The translations under genes and the position numbers were made by a program. The notes under the pieces were generated by a model, which was given only the letters and a program-made list of their open reading frames with translations, searched no databases and had not been told where the DNA came from. From Longimicrobiales bacterium (GTDB lineage Bacteria; Gemmatimonadota; Gemmatimonadetes; Longimicrobiales; Gaopeijiaceae): a stretch of DNA of 64,000 nt. The number at the start of each line of letters is the position of its first letter. Position 1 is the first letter of the stretch. Positions 38,483 through 47,541 of this stretch are shown here, one piece after another. Location: the NCBI GenBank assembly GCA_965116905.1, contig OZ220732.1:736001-800000 (forward strand), given 5' to 3'.

Positions 38483-40723
38483 CTACTGCGAAAGACCGGT
38501 GTGAACCGGCACTTGTATGATTGGCCTCAGCGGCTGGAGTTGCGCTCGGTAGGTCTGGACGACACGGTCGTAGAGGTCCTGTACTCTCGGTGCCTCCACC
38601 GTCACGATGAGCGCGTAGCGGATCTTGCCGGCGCTGGTGTCGCTCCGACTCTCCGAACGCGCGTTGTAGTGAATGTCAAAGACGGGCCCATCTAGGCTTT
38701 TTCCGAGCTTGCCAACACGACGGTGGAGGCAAGTCTCCCATTTGTGCGCGTCATCGCGAAGTGGCCAATCCGTAGCATAGAGTTGCGCTGGCTGGAAGAA
38801 CGGGGCCGTATTCGGATGAATCGCGTCCTTTCGACGGAACTTGGACCTGTGCGGCCGAAAGAAGACCGACAAGCCGCTCTTAGTGTAGTTGCCTGGATGT
38901 TCAGGATCCACGGCAGTGGCGAAGCAGAATGTCGCGGTGATCTGGACTCTCCCACTCAACTCGCCCGGCGGTAGCGGTAAGCGAATACGCCTGTAGGCTG
39001 CTGCGGTGATCTCATCCTGGTAGACCACACGCACACAGCCGTCAGGGCAGATGACGAGGTCGTCCAAGTCGGCGGGCAACCGACCCCACCCGGTTTCGTG
39101 CCTTGGCCCTGTGCCCGGATCGGTACAGTGGATCAAGAGTGCTTTGATGGCGAGCGGGCCGAGCACCGGCCCCAAGTGCGCGCGCACTGCGAGTGCGGAC
39201 CGCATTGCCAAAGGCGCTGCATAGCTTGTGCCTTGCGTCGCGATGGCACGGTCGGAATCTGTGGGGTCGTTTACCCAGAAAGCTTCGTGCTGGCTGCCGC
39301 CGAAAGCGACAAGATCCGGCTTTACGATGCCAGGTGAGCGCCCTGGCCCCCTTGAGCTATAGGGTGCCCGTGCCCAGTTGCCGTTTCGCCGATCGCTCGC
39401 ACCTACGGTGAGCCCATTGACGCAGTCGGAGGGTACCTGGATACGCCAATTCTCAAGGACCGGATCTTGGGGTTCTTGGCCAGTGTTTCCCGCTGCGATG
39501 GTGGCAAGAGAGCGCCCATCCGACAGGTGCTCGTCGAGCACAGCCGTCCAAGCGTGGACATCGTGGTCGTCGATCGGCAAGTGTGGCCCAATGCTGAGAT
39601 TGAAGAATTCGTAGTTGCCTTGTGACAACACAGACCTGACCCGCTCGAGTACCTCGTACAGTTCGGACGGATCACGATATGAGTTGGCGTCAAGCACCCG
39701 GTGGTGGTCGATCCGGCACAACGGGCGCTGCACCTGCGTCTCATCGATTGAGCCGAAGAGCATCGCGGAAGTCACGCCCTCCCCGTGGGATAGTAGCTCC
39801 GCATCAGACTGGCCCACTCCCGGTCCGTCGACGGGATTCGCCCATGTAGTCAACGGACTCGACTCAGGCAATCCTCCATCGAAGACGGCCACACGTAGGT
39901 TCGGGTCGAGGACGCCCTGTCCCGGCAATGCGGCGATCGGCCGCGTTGTAGGCTGGCTGCGCAGAACTGGCTGAGTGTTACGGAGCCTCGGCATCTCCCG
40001 TACCACGCGCAGGAAAGAGAAGTGGGCAACGTCCTGCGCCTCTTGCTCATTCGCGCGCAAACGTAAGAAGCAGAGCTTCCCCGCGAAAAAGATGCGATTA
40101 AGGTCGGGATTGAGTCCGAGATCTCTCAGGTAGACCTCGAATGACGCAAGGATAAAGCGATCCGCCGGTTTCTCACTCGCATGAAGTACAACTTCGAGAG
40201 GGAGCCTCTCTTGGCCCATTGTGAGTGGTCGAATTCGCTCCCTAGCCTCGAAAACGGACACCCTTTCAATCGCGGGAAGATGGACAGCCCCGAAGGAGTC
40301 CTCTGTCCAGGAGGTTATCTGGTCTGCGAGTCTGCGGAAGGATCTCCGGGCTCCGGCCACGAACAACTCCGTGGTCACGGCTTCCGTCGGCTCGCGACCG
40401 CGGCTACGTTTTTCCGGGCGAATCTGGCGGGCACGGCTGCCGATCGCACGAAGACCACTCGCCCTTAGGAAGCTCGCTGGGAAGTAGCTCTTCGCATAGT
40501 ACTCTGGATGGAGGGTAAAGGCAGCAACTGCTTCATCGTTCGGACAGGCGTTTGTCGGTAGCCTATCCAATACCGAAGCGGTACTCGCCAGCATTGGCGC
40601 GACACGACCACGTGCCTCGCGAAAACTGTAAGGTGCTGCCTTCGGTCCACCGCCCGTGGTCATCTCGACAGCAGCCGTGAGGCGCTCACCGTACCCCAGC
40701 AGGTAGTTTCGCCCATCCGGCAT
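38483..40723 (-). CDS. S8 (subtilisin-like) peptidase, IetS-like
   Basis: Catalytic triad VAVFDGG / SHGEGV / GTSYAAP; IAAGN; no signal peptide; follows an AAA ATPase. Confidence 0.9.
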   Translation of the reverse strand: MPDGRNYLLGYGERLTAAVEMTTGGGPKAAPYSFREARGRVAPMLASTASVLDRLPTNACPNDEAVAAFTLHPEYYAKSYFPASFLRASGLRAIGSRARQIRPEKRSRGREPTEAVTTELFVAGARRSFRRLADQITSWTEDSFGAVHLPAIERVSVFEARERIRPLTMGQERLPLEVVLHASEKPADRFILASFEVYLRDLGLNPDLNRIFFAGKLCFLRLRANEQEAQDVAHFSFLRVVREMPRLRNTQPVLRSQPTTRPIAALPGQGVLDPNLRVAVFDGGLPESSPLTTWANPVDGPGVGQSDAELLSHGEGVTSAMLFGSIDETQVQRPLCRIDHHRVLDANSYRDPSELYEVLERVRSVLSQGNYEFFNLSIGPHLPIDDHDVHAWTAVLDEHLSDGRSLATIAAGNTGQEPQDPVLENWRIQVPSDCVNGLTVGASDRRNGNWARAPYSSRGPGRSPGIVKPDLVAFGGSQHEAFWVNDPTDSDRAIATQGTSYAAPLAMRSALAVRAHLGPVLGPLAIKALLIHCTDPGTGPRHETGWGRLPADLDDLVICPDGCVRVVYQDEITAAAYRRIRLPLPPGELSGRVQITATFCFATAVDPEHPGNYTKSGLSVFFRPHRSKFRRKDAIHPNTAPFFQPAQLYATDWPLRDDAHKWETCLHRRVGKLGKSLDGPVFDIHYNARSESRSDTSAGKIRYALIVTVEAPRVQDLYDRVVQTYRAQLQPLRPIIQVPVHTGLSQ

Positions 40724-41845
40724 CTAGCTGCTCCCTCGCTTCCCGGATGTCGCGTACTTGCGGATGGTGTCGCGACTGACGCCGGTGATCACGTTAGCTT
40801 GCCGCTGCGAAACGACTCCTTCTTCGACTAGGGACACCGCGATCTCTTGGCGCCGCTTGCGATCCAGCGACCTAACGGTGTCACGGAGTACTCGTTCCAG
40901 AGCCCTCTCGATGTTACAGCCATCAACCGCGGCCATCCTCCGAGCGTGGTTCGCGGCCTGAACCGCGGCGCTGAAAGACGAGCCGGCTAGTACGCTGCCG
41001 AGTAGCCCCGGCCACGGCGATGTCGCACGTAGTTCCAAGTGAGCACGTAGTACGGCCGTGACCGCCTTTGCCTGTGGCAGGGGGAATTCTACTACGACCT
41101 CGAACCTCCTCCACACGGCGGAGTCGAGGAGCTGGGCATGGTTAGTCGCTGCTAGAAGCAGGCAACTGGGCGGCCACTCGTCGATTTCCTGAAGGAGCAC
41201 CGTGACCAAGCGTTTCAATTCTCCGATTTCGCTCGTATCGTCCCTGCGCTTCGCTACAGCGTCGAGTTCATCCAGCAGAAGGATGCAATCCCGGTCACGA
41301 GCGAAATCTAGCACGGCCCGCACGTTGCTCCCGGTGCGTCCCAGGAAGGAACTCATCACAGCTGAGAGGTCCAAGATGGCGAGAGGCTGCCCGAGCTCGC
41401 GAGCCATCCACTTGGCCGCGAACGTCTTGCCCACACCTGGTGGCCCAGTAAAGAGCACGGTCCGGGTCGGGTCCACCCCCGCCTCCGCCAATCGCGCTCT
41501 CGACTGGTGCTCGCGAGCGACTTGCCACAGAGCCGTCCAGACATGCGAGTCGTATACTGGCTCGACCTCTAGGACTGGCGCCTCGATCATCCGAACCAAG
41601 GGAAGGCGGGAGTCTCCGTCGACTGGAAGGCCTTCCGGCTCAATTCGACGGGTCGGATTTGCAGTCCGCGGATTCTCCCGCAGGAGAGCGGTCAGTTTGT
41701 CGGCCAGCTCGGGAACGGACGAGCGGTAGCGACGGGCGTATTTTCGTACGAGTACAGCGACATCCCGCTGGCGACCCGCAAGCGCGACCCTTGCCAAGTG
41801 GAAGATATCACTCGTCATTCTGTCGTTTTCGTCCGTCTGGACCAT
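40724..41845 (-). CDS. AAA+ ATPase, IetA-like
   Basis: GPPGVGKT, LLLDELDAVAKRRDD..EIGELKR, AATNH, DSAVWRRF. Start could be 41818, 41845 or 41911. Confidence 0.9.
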   Translation of the reverse strand: MVQTDENDRMTSDIFHLARVALAGRQRDVAVLVRKYARRYRSSVPELADKLTALLRENPRTANPTRRIEPEGLPVDGDSRLPLVRMIEAPVLEVEPVYDSHVWTALWQVAREHQSRARLAEAGVDPTRTVLFTGPPGVGKTFAAKWMARELGQPLAILDLSAVMSSFLGRTGSNVRAVLDFARDRDCILLLDELDAVAKRRDDTSEIGELKRLVTVLLQEIDEWPPSCLLLAATNHAQLLDSAVWRRFEVVVEFPLPQAKAVTAVLRAHLELRATSPWPGLLGSVLAGSSFSAAVQAANHARRMAAVDGCNIERALERVLRDTVRSLDRKRRQEIAVSLVEEGVVSQRQANVITGVSRDTIRKYATSGKRGSS

Positions 41846-42189
41846 AAGATATGTCCGTATCGATGTTAACGGGTGGACGATTACGCGAACCTTCGAATCA
41901 GTATAGGCCATTCCATACTACGAGGCAACTCCCACCATCCTCGCTTGCCCTTGAGTGCTCGGGTCCGGCGCCGCGGCCTCGGGGGCTAGGCTTGACCGTG
42001 TGGGACCGCCCGGTGAACCGCTGGAAGAAGCCCCTCGACCTAGGCCTAGGCTATGTACGGCAGGGAGCCCCCACTTAAGTCGCCCAACCGTCAAGACGAC
42101 GAGGCTGGAGGATACACCTCTTGGGGGTACCGTGGGTTCACAGTCAATCCCTTCGCCTTCGAGCCTTCACGATCCGATTAGGGCGGGAT

Positions 42190-42510
42190 TCACTCTTCTC
42201 GGTCATCTTCGATTAGCGCCTCCGTCACCTTCTTGACCAGGTTGAGGGTCCTCGAGTTCGATCGCGACGCTCGCAGGAAAACGGGGTCGACCAACACGGT
42301 GGGACTATCAGACCCACGACCCAGAAGCGCGTCAGTGCTCAGTTCGAGGGCGTCGGCCAAACGAACGAGCGATTCGAGCGACGGCGCACGCTGTCCGGTT
42401 TCGAAGTGAGAAACGGAGGCCGCGGCAATCCCGGCTTTGGCTCCCAGCTCAGCTTGCGTCAGGCCGCGCATCTTGCGGTTCTCCCGCAGCCGCTCGGGCA
42501 GGCCATCCAT
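42190..42510 (-). CDS. XRE-family HTH regulator, divergent from the Ubl operon
   Basis: RGLTQAELGAKAGIAAASVSHFETGQRAPSLESL. Confidence 0.9.
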   Translation of the reverse strand: MDGLPERLRENRKMRGLTQAELGAKAGIAAASVSHFETGQRAPSLESLVRLADALELSTDALLGRGSDSPTVLVDPVFLRASRSNSRTLNLVKKVTEALIEDDREE

Positions 42511-42529
42511 CGGCGTTTCGTATCTCCCC

Positions 42530-42589
42530 TTGACGTGGCCTCACGATTCGTATAGCGTTTCACTACGATGTCGCAGCATTCGCTACGAC
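42530..42589 (+). promoter_or_regulatory. Putative sigma70 promoter with overlapping operator-like repeats
   Basis: TTGACG-N17-TAGCGT; imperfect palindrome GTCGCAGCATTCGCTACGAC; repeated AGC...CTACGA units. Confidence 0.5.
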
Positions 42590-42631
42590 TAAGCATAGCC
42601 CGCGAAAGGGCTCCAAGCAAGGAGGGGAACG

Positions 42632-42874
42632 ATGTCGGAGCGAGGAAAGGACCTGATCATCTACGTGAACCGTCGCAAGTTCGATGACGGTGACGGGGTC
42701 AAGCCACACATGACCGGTGGCGAGATCGCGCTGCTCGTGGACGTGCCGCCCGGGAACGCCGTGGTCCGACTCGATAGGCGCGGCGACAAGAGGGAGATCG
42801 CGGAGAAGGAAGGGGTCGATATCAAGCACGACGATCACTTTCTCGTGACGCGGAAAGTCGTCGAGGGGGGTTGA
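42632..42874 (+). CDS. Ubiquitin-like (multiubiquitin/beta-grasp) protein ending in di-Gly
   Basis: IIYVNRRKF...MTGGEIALL...VDIKHDDHFLVTRKVVEGG*; AAGGAGG RBS. Confidence 0.85.
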   Translation: MSERGKDLIIYVNRRKFDDGDGVKPHMTGGEIALLVDVPPGNAVVRLDRRGDKREIAEKEGVDIKHDDHFLVTRKVVEGG

Positions 42875-43275
42875 TGAACCAGGATCGGATAGTGCGCGAA
42901 CTACGCGCATTGGAGGAGGGCGGGCAGGTAGCGAAGTTGGTGACCGTCTCGCGACCCGTCGTGGTCTATTACGATGTTCCGACCGCTGGTGAAGAGAGGG
43001 ATCTGCCTTCCGAATCAGATGTCATAGTGCCCGTACCCAGCGGCTACCCTGGGGGCATCATCGACCTCGCTGGCCTGCCCGTGGACTCTCCGTTCCTGGG
43101 TCTCGTCAAGGGTGGCCGAAACAGCCAAGGTCTCATCAGTGTCTGCGACCGCGAGTGGCAGCTCGCCAGCTACCATCCGCATAACGGCGGCGGCGGTCCC
43201 CCATGGGATCCGAATCGTCACGGCTTTCACACCTACCTGGATCACTTGATCGCATGGCTAGCCCATCTGAACTGA
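42874..43275 (+). CDS. Prokaryotic E2/UBC-like protein (family E-like)
   Basis: DVIVPVPSGYP...WQLASYH...WDPNRHGFHTYLDHLIAWL; coupled to the Ubl stop. Confidence 0.78.
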   Translation: MNQDRIVRELRALEEGGQVAKLVTVSRPVVVYYDVPTAGEERDLPSESDVIVPVPSGYPGGIIDLAGLPVDSPFLGLVKGGRNSQGLISVCDREWQLASYHPHNGGGGPPWDPNRHGFHTYLDHLIAWLAHLN

Positions 43276-44726
43276 ACGGTAGGCGGACTGGGAGCGTCAT
43301 CGTTCGGATAAGCAACCCCGAACGGGACGACCTGCTCCGTTTGATGTTTTCTCGATACCCGAAGGAAGAGTGGGCCACGTTCGTCAGATTCGGGTGGCGA
43401 GACACAGGCAGTACTCTGGTCCTGACGCTGGCGGGTATCGACGCGCCCCAGCCCGGAGAGCTGGATGAGCGGGTGGATCACGTGGCAATCCTGGAGCCGT
43501 ATACGCTGCGCATTGCGCTCGATGCCGAGACGCACCCGTTGGCCGTCGGTGTTGTTCACAGCCACCCGGAGGGTTGCCCACCTGTACCGAGCCTGATCGA
43601 CGACGATATGGACACCTACTTCGCCGACTACCTTGCTGGGTTCGCCCCTGGGCGACCGTACGTCAGTTTGATCGTCTCTCAGGTCGACGACCAGGTAGTT
43701 TTTGGGGGCCGCGTCTTCCACGATGGCCATTGGTACCCAATTGCGCGGTTTCCATCTGATTGCGAGCCGGTACATGTTCATCATCAGGAGAGGCCCGACT
43801 CGGCTGACCTTGAGACAGTAGCTCGACTCGCTGCCGCGTTTGGAGACGATGCGGCGCGCAGACTCCGGGAGGCCACGGTCGGCGTGGTCGGCGCCGGCGG
43901 GACGGGCTCGGTGGCCATTGAGGTCTTGGCACGTGCTGGCGTGGGCCGGTTGATCATCGTCGATCCTGACCACCTGGAGCCCTCCAATCTCGAGCGCGTT
44001 CATGGCAGTTGCGCCGATGATGGAGTGGCGCGCTTGAGCAAGTCGGAGATTGCACGGCGTCACGTTAGCGCGATCAATAGGCGATGTGAGGTTGTCGCCG
44101 TAAAGGGAGCGCTACCTCAGGAGCTCGCCATAGACAAGCTCGTCGAGGCAGACGTAGTCCTCGGTTGCACGGACCAGCAACACAGCCGCCTTGCTCTAAG
44201 TGACCTCGTGGTCCGCTACCTCGTGCCGGCAATCGACTGTGGCGTTGCGTTGGAAGGGAGCGAGGGAGTCGTTCGTGGCCAGATAATGCAATTGCTGCGC
44301 TGGCTACCAGCGGACCCGTGCGCCATATGCCGCGGGCTCATTAATCCACGTCGGGTCTCCCAGGAACTCATGTCCGAGCAGGAGCGAGAGTCCCGGCGGT
44401 TGGCGGCCCAAGCGGCCAATCCGGACGGCCGACCCGATAGTGCGTACTGGGAGGACATCCCTCAGCTAAACACCGTTGGCTACCTAACCACGACGGCGGG
44501 AGCGCTGGCGGCAGGCTACGCCGTTGGTTGGATCACCGGACGCTTCGAGCCTCCATTCGAGCGGCTCCAAATGAACCTCACAGCACCCGAGTTTGAGGTC
44601 ATTGCTTGGGAGGAAGTAGCCAACGACGGATGTGCGTGCCGAAGGGTACGTGGCTGGGGCGACCAAGGAAGCGCAGAGGCTTGGGTAACACCTCCTGACC
44701 ACTGGCCGGCCGCCGTGGTCCTGTAG
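43254..44726 (+). CDS. JAB/MPN peptidase - ThiF/E1 fusion
   Basis: EEWATF...VGVVHSHPEGCPPVPSLIDD (JAMM); VGAGGTGS, DPDHLEPSNLERV, LGCTD, PCAIC...CAC (E1). Confidence 0.9.
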   Translation: MASPSELNGRRTGSVIVRISNPERDDLLRLMFSRYPKEEWATFVRFGWRDTGSTLVLTLAGIDAPQPGELDERVDHVAILEPYTLRIALDAETHPLAVGVVHSHPEGCPPVPSLIDDDMDTYFADYLAGFAPGRPYVSLIVSQVDDQVVFGGRVFHDGHWYPIARFPSDCEPVHVHHQERPDSADLETVARLAAAFGDDAARRLREATVGVVGAGGTGSVAIEVLARAGVGRLIIVDPDHLEPSNLERVHGSCADDGVARLSKSEIARRHVSAINRRCEVVAVKGALPQELAIDKLVEADVVLGCTDQQHSRLALSDLVVRYLVPAIDCGVALEGSEGVVRGQIMQLLRWLPADPCAICRGLINPRRVSQELMSEQERESRRLAAQAANPDGRPDSAYWEDIPQLNTVGYLTTTAGALAAGYAVGWITGRFEPPFERLQMNLTAPEFEVIAWEEVANDGCACRRVRGWGDQGSAEAWVTPPDHWPAAVVL

Positions 44727-44904
44727 CTAAGCCCGATATGGCTCGACATCACCGCAATACGATGCCATCGCGGCCGTACGTCCCCCGTCCACGTCAACGA
44801 CGAGCTCGTCCAGCGCGTCCGCGACTCTAGCGCCGTCGGGTTGGCCGCCTGGGCTACTGCAGATGCCCGCACTCTCGCAGGCTCCGGATGGGAGATGCCA
44901 AGAA

Positions 44905-45780
44905 ATGACAGCAAGCTACGGTTCAGGAGATGTGTCCATCACACCATCCACGGTAGGCAACGTCGCCGTGTCGAACGTTCGCGCCGTCCCGGCCCTGATC
45001 CCCCGAATTCGCTTCGATCTGTCCTGGACCCTACACAACGCTTTCACCCTGGAAGAGGGCCATCGGGGAAAGCAGTTCATCCTCACCGACTTCCGGGGCG
45101 AGCTGACGGTCGGGCCTGACAATCTGTTCGTCGGCAACCTCGTTCGGGACGGATCGGGCCACCCCATTCCGTCGCTGTCCCATGTGCGAGCGCACACGGG
45201 CTCCGTCGCTCTCGATCTGGATGGACATAGGCTCGAACGCCTGGAAGAGCATCGGGCAGGAGGCGTGCTTACCATGCAGATGCAGCTGTGGCCCCGTGTC
45301 GAGATGGACGGGAAGACAATTAATGCCACGGTCGCCGGAATCCGGCTCCAGGTCCCGCGTGACGAATGGCTGGCGGTGGTCGGCGGATTCACCGGAGAAC
45401 AGATCGACCTCTTTGAGATCCGCTACCACCTCACGCACGCGAGTCGTTTCCGGCCAAGCGTCGGGGTGCTCCAGCGTGCGCGCGAGGCCGTCGATCGGGG
45501 GGATTTCGACGCCGCCGTGATCCAGGCGAGAAAGGCCATCAGCCTCTCGGCCGAGTCTTTCCAAGGGCCCGACGGAGGCAGCCTCTTTGCCACCCTCACC
45601 GACAGACTCGACGACGACCATGCGAAGCTCTACGCGGGCCTGGTTGGCCGTGCCAAGGTCATGGGCAACCTTACCGCGCACAGTGCCTCGGCCCGCGAGT
45701 ACACGCGTGGCGAAGCGCTGTTCGCCATCCGCTTCGCAACGATCCTGCTCGAACTGATTGCCGGGTTGGTGTCAGATTGA
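44905..45780 (+). CDS. Hypothetical protein (beta-rich N-terminus, helical HEPN-like C-terminus)
   Basis: 291 aa; C-terminus GDFDAAVIQARKAI...MGNLTAH...EALFAI resembles HEPN/Abi-type helical bundles. Confidence 0.6.
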   Translation: MTASYGSGDVSITPSTVGNVAVSNVRAVPALIPRIRFDLSWTLHNAFTLEEGHRGKQFILTDFRGELTVGPDNLFVGNLVRDGSGHPIPSLSHVRAHTGSVALDLDGHRLERLEEHRAGGVLTMQMQLWPRVEMDGKTINATVAGIRLQVPRDEWLAVVGGFTGEQIDLFEIRYHLTHASRFRPSVGVLQRAREAVDRGDFDAAVIQARKAISLSAESFQGPDGGSLFATLTDRLDDDHAKLYAGLVGRAKVMGNLTAHSASAREYTRGEALFAIRFATILLELIAGLVSD

Positions 45781-45820
45781 CTGCTGGTCGAGTCGGTCGA
45801 GAGGGGTCGGCATCGGCGAA

Positions 45821-45861
45821 ATGTCAACTACAGTTTCCATTGTGTGAACTCTGCTTCACAT
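45821..45861. repeat. 41-bp imperfect palindrome, copy 3
   Basis: ATGTCAACTACAGTTTCCATTGTGTGAACTCTGCTTCACAT. Confidence 0.85.
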
Positions 45862-46041
45862 ATGCTGGCCGATGACCGACGGATTGGGGGCACACTGGCA
45901 GTTGCGAATCACCCATCCGACCGCCATGATGACCGCTGCTGTACGAACGTTTGGGAACACCACTTCCCGCGACACTCCAACCGAGCCTTCACCAACCGTG
46001 AGAGTCCCGACACACGATTGCCTCAGAGATAGAAACGCCGT

Positions 46042-46602
46042 ATGAGGGCCCCTACAGCGGTCGTCCTCGTGTGGGCGGTCCTCCTGACTGCATGCGGCCT
46101 CAATGCTCCCGAGGAAGACGTTGAGGAGGTCCGTGGGTTCGCTATCGCACCCATCGAGATCAGTCCCGACGAGCTCGAGGTAGACCAAGGCGAGACTGTT
46201 GCTGTGGACATCGTGCGGGCACTGCCCGTTGCTCACCCGTGTTTCAGCTCAGGTACCGTGGACGCGCAGCCCAAGTGCGAGGACATCATGGGTAGCGGGT
46301 GGACTCTGTGGACCGAAGAGGATCTTGAAACGCTCACCATGGCGCTCGACTGTGGAGATACTGGCCCGGGAGGCGGGGCCATCAACTTGAAAGATTGTTG
46401 GGGCCTTACCGTGTACGAGAGAGGAACAGGACCTGGGCTGGAGGACCTCGGGGGCATGAGGTGGAAGCCCCTGCCTTCGCACTGCGGCCGCCGGACTTGG
46501 GTGGCATACACGCTGAAGGAACACCATGGCGCGGTGTCCAAGTTCTTTCCAAGTCTCCGAATCTTCACCGACACTACCGTCGTCTTCATCCGCCAATGTT
46601 GA
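46042..46602 (+). CDS. Hypothetical lipoprotein
   Basis: Lipobox VLLTACG; several additional Cys residues. Confidence 0.7.
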   Translation: MRAPTAVVLVWAVLLTACGLNAPEEDVEEVRGFAIAPIEISPDELEVDQGETVAVDIVRALPVAHPCFSSGTVDAQPKCEDIMGSGWTLWTEEDLETLTMALDCGDTGPGGGAINLKDCWGLTVYERGTGPGLEDLGGMRWKPLPSHCGRRTWVAYTLKEHHGAVSKFFPSLRIFTDTTVVFIRQC

Positions 46603-46775
46603 CAACGCCTTCAAGATCGAAGCCTCTGGTCGCCAAAATCATCCGGCGCAACGGGGCCGGTCGCCGCGGCAAGTATCCTCCGCCAAGCGCCTGACAGCGG
46701 CGCTAGATCTTCCTTGGCCCTCACCCAGACCTGTCGACCCGCCTCGCCTGCTCGGCGGTATGCCCAGCGCGCAAT

Positions 46776-47438
46776 CTCAGGCCCATCAGGATGGTCCTCG
46801 TCGGTCTCGGGCTCGATGCGAGCGCCCACCGAGTGGTGTCCGACCTGGCGGACAGGGCTATCGACATCCGGCTGGTGACCTTCCATGGCTACGTCAACGA
46901 CCAGGAGATGCTGTTGGCCAGGCAGGTACGGGTTGCGGCCGATACCCGTACGTCGTCCACCGCTCCGCCAAGCGCGTCCGACCTGAAACGGAAGGCCACC
47001 GAGCACGGAGTCGCGGCGATCTGGCAGGACGCACGGGGATCGCTGGACTACAGTGTTCGGCCGTACCACACGAAAGCCGGCATCACCTACCTGCAGCGGA
47101 CGACCACCCTGCCCGATGGCGTGCGTGTCCGCGGGTCGCATTCCGTAACGATCAGCGAGGCCGGGGAGATACGGATCACGTTCTATCCGGCGGCCGTCGA
47201 CCTGTACCACGAGGAGTTCGAGCAGCTCAAGCGTGCGATTCCATTCCAAGCCGAGAAGCCCCCGAACGCCCTTGCGACGCGACGCGCGCCGGATCAGTGG
47301 TATTGCCGGCTCGACGAACGGTCATGGCAGGGGGGCAGGGCGCGTCTGATCGAGTTTGTGAGGGCCGTGGAGCACGCGTGGCGCGAGCACGAGCGGAAGG
47401 TGGCGGACGGGGGTGGAGACGTTGCGGCGGATGCGTAA
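46776..47438 (+). repeat. Truncated-gene scaffold repeat, copy C (open frame 46791-47438)
   Basis: LRPIRMVLVGLGLDASAHR...IRLVTFHGY...WREHERK; starts further 3' than copy D. Confidence 0.9.
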
Positions 47439-47541
47439 GAAGACACGAGAGGGCGCCGGGCTGGCTTGAGATCTGGTCGCTGCTCCCGTACTCTAGCGAC
47501 AAGGAAGCACCTGAACTCGGCGCGGAGAGAACGAGAACCCA

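Noticed and set aside
42632..44726. Ubl/E1 genes as thiamine or molybdopterin sulfur-carrier biosynthesis, or as CBASS cap2/cap3
   Set aside because: An E2-like gene is present, no cofactor biosynthesis genes are nearby, and there is no CD-NTase.
6965..45861. 41-bp palindromes as integron attC sites
   Set aside because: They have AAC/GTT cores but fit RYYYAAC/GTTRRRY poorly, are shorter than typical attC sites, do not follow each gene, and no integron integrase is in the window.
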